DNA of 64,000 nt, taken from the NCBI GenBank assembly GCA_902618335.1, contig CACNAI010000002.1, positions 7,828 to 71,827 of the forward strand. The letters run 5' to 3'. Position 1 is the first letter of the stretch; the number at the start of each line of letters is the position of its first letter. Below the pieces are notes generated by a model. That model did no database searches, was not told where the DNA came from, and worked only from the letters and a program-made list of their open reading frames with translations. Below are positions 62,054-64,000 of the stretch, one piece after another. The DNA is from an uncultured Prochlorococcus sp. Its GTDB lineage: Bacteria > Cyanobacteriota > Cyanobacteriia > PCC-6307 > Cyanobiaceae. The position numbers and the translations under genes are program-made.

Positions 62054-64000
62054 CTAAAAATTAGCACTTGCTAACTCCTGAGGAGTCTCTTCCGAAGAAA
62101 TATTAATTGTAACTTTTTTATTCTCATCAATATCAACTAAAGCCTTATCTCCATCTTTTATTCTCCCGGAAAGAACTTCTTCAGCTAAGCTATCTTCTAA
62201 TAGACGCATAACAGCTCTCCTTAAAGGTCTTGCTCCATAAGAAGGATTATATCCTTCTTCAACAAGTCTTTCTTTAAAGGCATCTGTTACGTCTAGTTTA
62301 ATGCCCTTATCTTGTAATCTTTCAAAAACCTCTTGAAGCATTATTTCAGCAATTTCTTTAACCTCATTTTTAGATAGTTGCCTAAACACAATAATTTCAT
62401 CAAGTCTATTTAAAAATTCAGGTCTAAAGTATTGCTTTAATTCTTCATTAACTAAAGATTTGATTCTGTTGTATTGACTATCTTCAATAGAATCACCTGA
62501 AAACTCAAAGCCTAACCCTCCTCCACCTTTTTCAATGACTTTCGAACCAATATTCGATGTCATTATTAACAAGGTATTTTTGAAGTCAACAGTTCTACCC
62601 TTGGAATCAGTTAATCTACCATCCTCAAGAAGTTGTAATAATAGATTAAATACGTCTGGATGGGCTTTTTCTACTTCGTCAAATAAAACAACAGTGTAGG
62701 GTCTTCTTCTTACCGCTTCAGTAAGTTGGCCGCCTTCATTAAATCCAACATATCCCGGAGGGGAACCTATAAGTTTACTAACAGTATGTCTTTCCATAAA
62801 TTCAGACATGTCTAATCTAATCATTGCTTCTTCGCTACCAAAAAAATATGAGGCTAATGATTTAGTCAGTTCAGTTTTACCGACACCTGTAGGGCCTGAA
62901 AAGATAAAACTTGCAATAGGTCTATTAGGATTCTTTAATCCAACTCTTGCTCTTCTTATGGCTCTAGATACGGCCTTTACAGCTTCATCTTGTCCAATAA
63001 GCCTTTGGTGAAGAGTTTCCTCCATATTTAGTAATTTGACTGACTCAGTTTCTGTTAATTTTTGAACAGGTACCCCGGTCCATGATGCGACGATATGTGC
63101 TACGTCCTCTTCACTAACAAGAGGATTTTGCAAAAGTTTTGAGTCATTTTTAACCGAGTTAGTATCAGTATCAGATATGTTTTCGGTTGAAGAATCTTTT
63201 TTATTATCAAGCACCTCTTTTATTTTTGCAGACAATTCCATTTCTTTTTCTCTGAGTTGACCTGCTTGATCGAAATTTTGATCTCTTACAGATTCCTCTT
63301 TTTGTTTTTGAATTTGTCTTAATTCTTTATCTATTTGTTTAGCTTCTGGAGGAAGTTTAGAATTTATTAACCGAACTCTACTTCCAGCCTCATCGATAAG
63401 GTCTATAGCCTTATCAGGTAAGAATCTGTCAGATATATAACGATCACCTAGATGAGCTGCAGCCTCTAAAGCATCATCAGTAATTTTAAGACGATGGTGT
63501 TGTTCATATCTTTCTCTGAGACCTTTTAAAATTTCTATTGTATCTTCGATAGAAGGTTCCCCTACCATCACAGGCTGGAATCTTCTTTCTAGAGCAGCAT
63601 CTCTTTCAATGTGTTTTCGATATTCATCCAGCGTTGTTGCTCCAATACATTGCAGTTCTCCTCTAGCCAAAGCAGGTTTGAGAATATTTGCAGCATCTAT
63701 AGCACCTTCAGCAGCTCCAGCTCCAATTAAAGTATGAACTTCATCAATAACAAGTATTACATTACCTGCAGATTTAATTTCTTCCATTATCTTCTTTAGT
63801 CTTTCTTCAAATTCACCTCTATATTTTGTTCCAGCTACTAAAAGTCCAATATCAAGAGTTAAAACTCTTTTATCTTCAAGTATGTCAGGAATGTTTCCTA
63901 GCTGTATCCTTTGAGCTAATCCTTCTGCAATAGCTGTTTTACCTACTCCAGGTTCTCCTATAAGAACAGGATTATTTTTAGTCCTCCTTCCCAAAATCTG
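62054..64000 (-). CDS. clpC: ATP-dependent Clp protease ATPase ClpC (5' end outside the window)
   Basis: Two AAA+ modules ([16 protein letters not shown]), UVR coiled coil, GARPLRR; frame open to the window edge. Confidence 0.96.
   Translation of the reverse strand, partial: QILGRRTKNNPVLIGEPGVGKTAIAEGLAQRIQLGNIPDILEDKRVLTLDIGLLVAGTKYRGEFEERLKKIMEEIKSAGNVILVIDEVHTLIGAGAAEGAIDAANILKPALARGELQCIGATTLDEYRKHIERDAALERRFQPVMVGEPSIEDTIEILKGLRERYEQHHRLKITDDALEAAAHLGDRYISDRFLPDKAIDLIDEAGSRVRLINSKLPPEAKQIDKELRQIQKQKEESVRDQNFDQAGQLREKEMELSAKIKEVLDNKKDSSTENISDTDTNSVKNDSKLLQNPLVSEEDVAHIVASWTGVPVQKLTETESVKLLNMEETLHQRLIGQDEAVKAVSRAIRRARVGLKNPNRPIASFIFSGPTGVGKTELTKSLASYFFGSEEAMIRLDMSEFMERHTVSKLIGSPPGYVGFNEGGQLTEAVRRRPYTVVLFDEVEKAHPDVFNLLLQLLEDGRLTDSKGRTVDFKNTLLIMTSNIGSKVIEKGGGGLGFEFSGDSIEDSQYNRIKSLVNEELKQYFRPEFLNRLDEIIVFRQLSKNEVKEIAEIMLQEVFERLQDKGIKLDVTDAFKERLVEEGYNPSYGARPLRRAVMRLLEDSLAEEVLSGRIKDGDKALVDIDENKKVTINISSEETPQELASANF

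Overview
A very AT-rich, densely coding segment of a marine picocyanobacterial chromosome. Gene content, gene order (guaB-Yfr1-trxA, petH-zwf-opcA, chlI-ruvC, petG/cytM) and low GC point to a high-light Prochlorococcus. Bases ~1-17,000 are a variable, accessory-like region. It holds many micro-ORFs, a tandem pair of cyanobacterial sRNAs (a Yfr1-motif/Yfr10-like RNA followed by a Yfr2-family RNA), and a Zur-boxed metal (most likely zinc) locus: ABC permease, zur on the opposite strand, ABC ATPase, His-rich binding protein, COG0523 GTPase, WD40 protein. It also has Cys-rich mini-proteins and a circularly permuted ATP-grasp / Alpha-E / transglutaminase operon preceded by a canonical NtcA site. 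Bases ~17,000-64,000 are mostly core genes (dppAB, thrA, sufE, ruvC, chlI, cytM, petG, hisH, trxA, guaB, gyrA, crtL, leuA, folD, crtE, cobB, opcA, zwf, petH, tRNA-Glu, sasA, prs, malQ, cdsA, gldA, clpC). The most striking observation is a ~105-residue insert (FEW-G...DP-M...FT[EQ]H---EF) shared by the periplasmic metal-binding protein and the adjacent cytoplasmic COG0523 GTPase. Also notable are zur lying antisense inside the ABC operon and a short relic of a deleted pseudouridine synthase gene. I saw no CRISPR array, rRNA, integrase or transposase. All calls are by eye from motifs and recalled family knowledge; no database searches were run.
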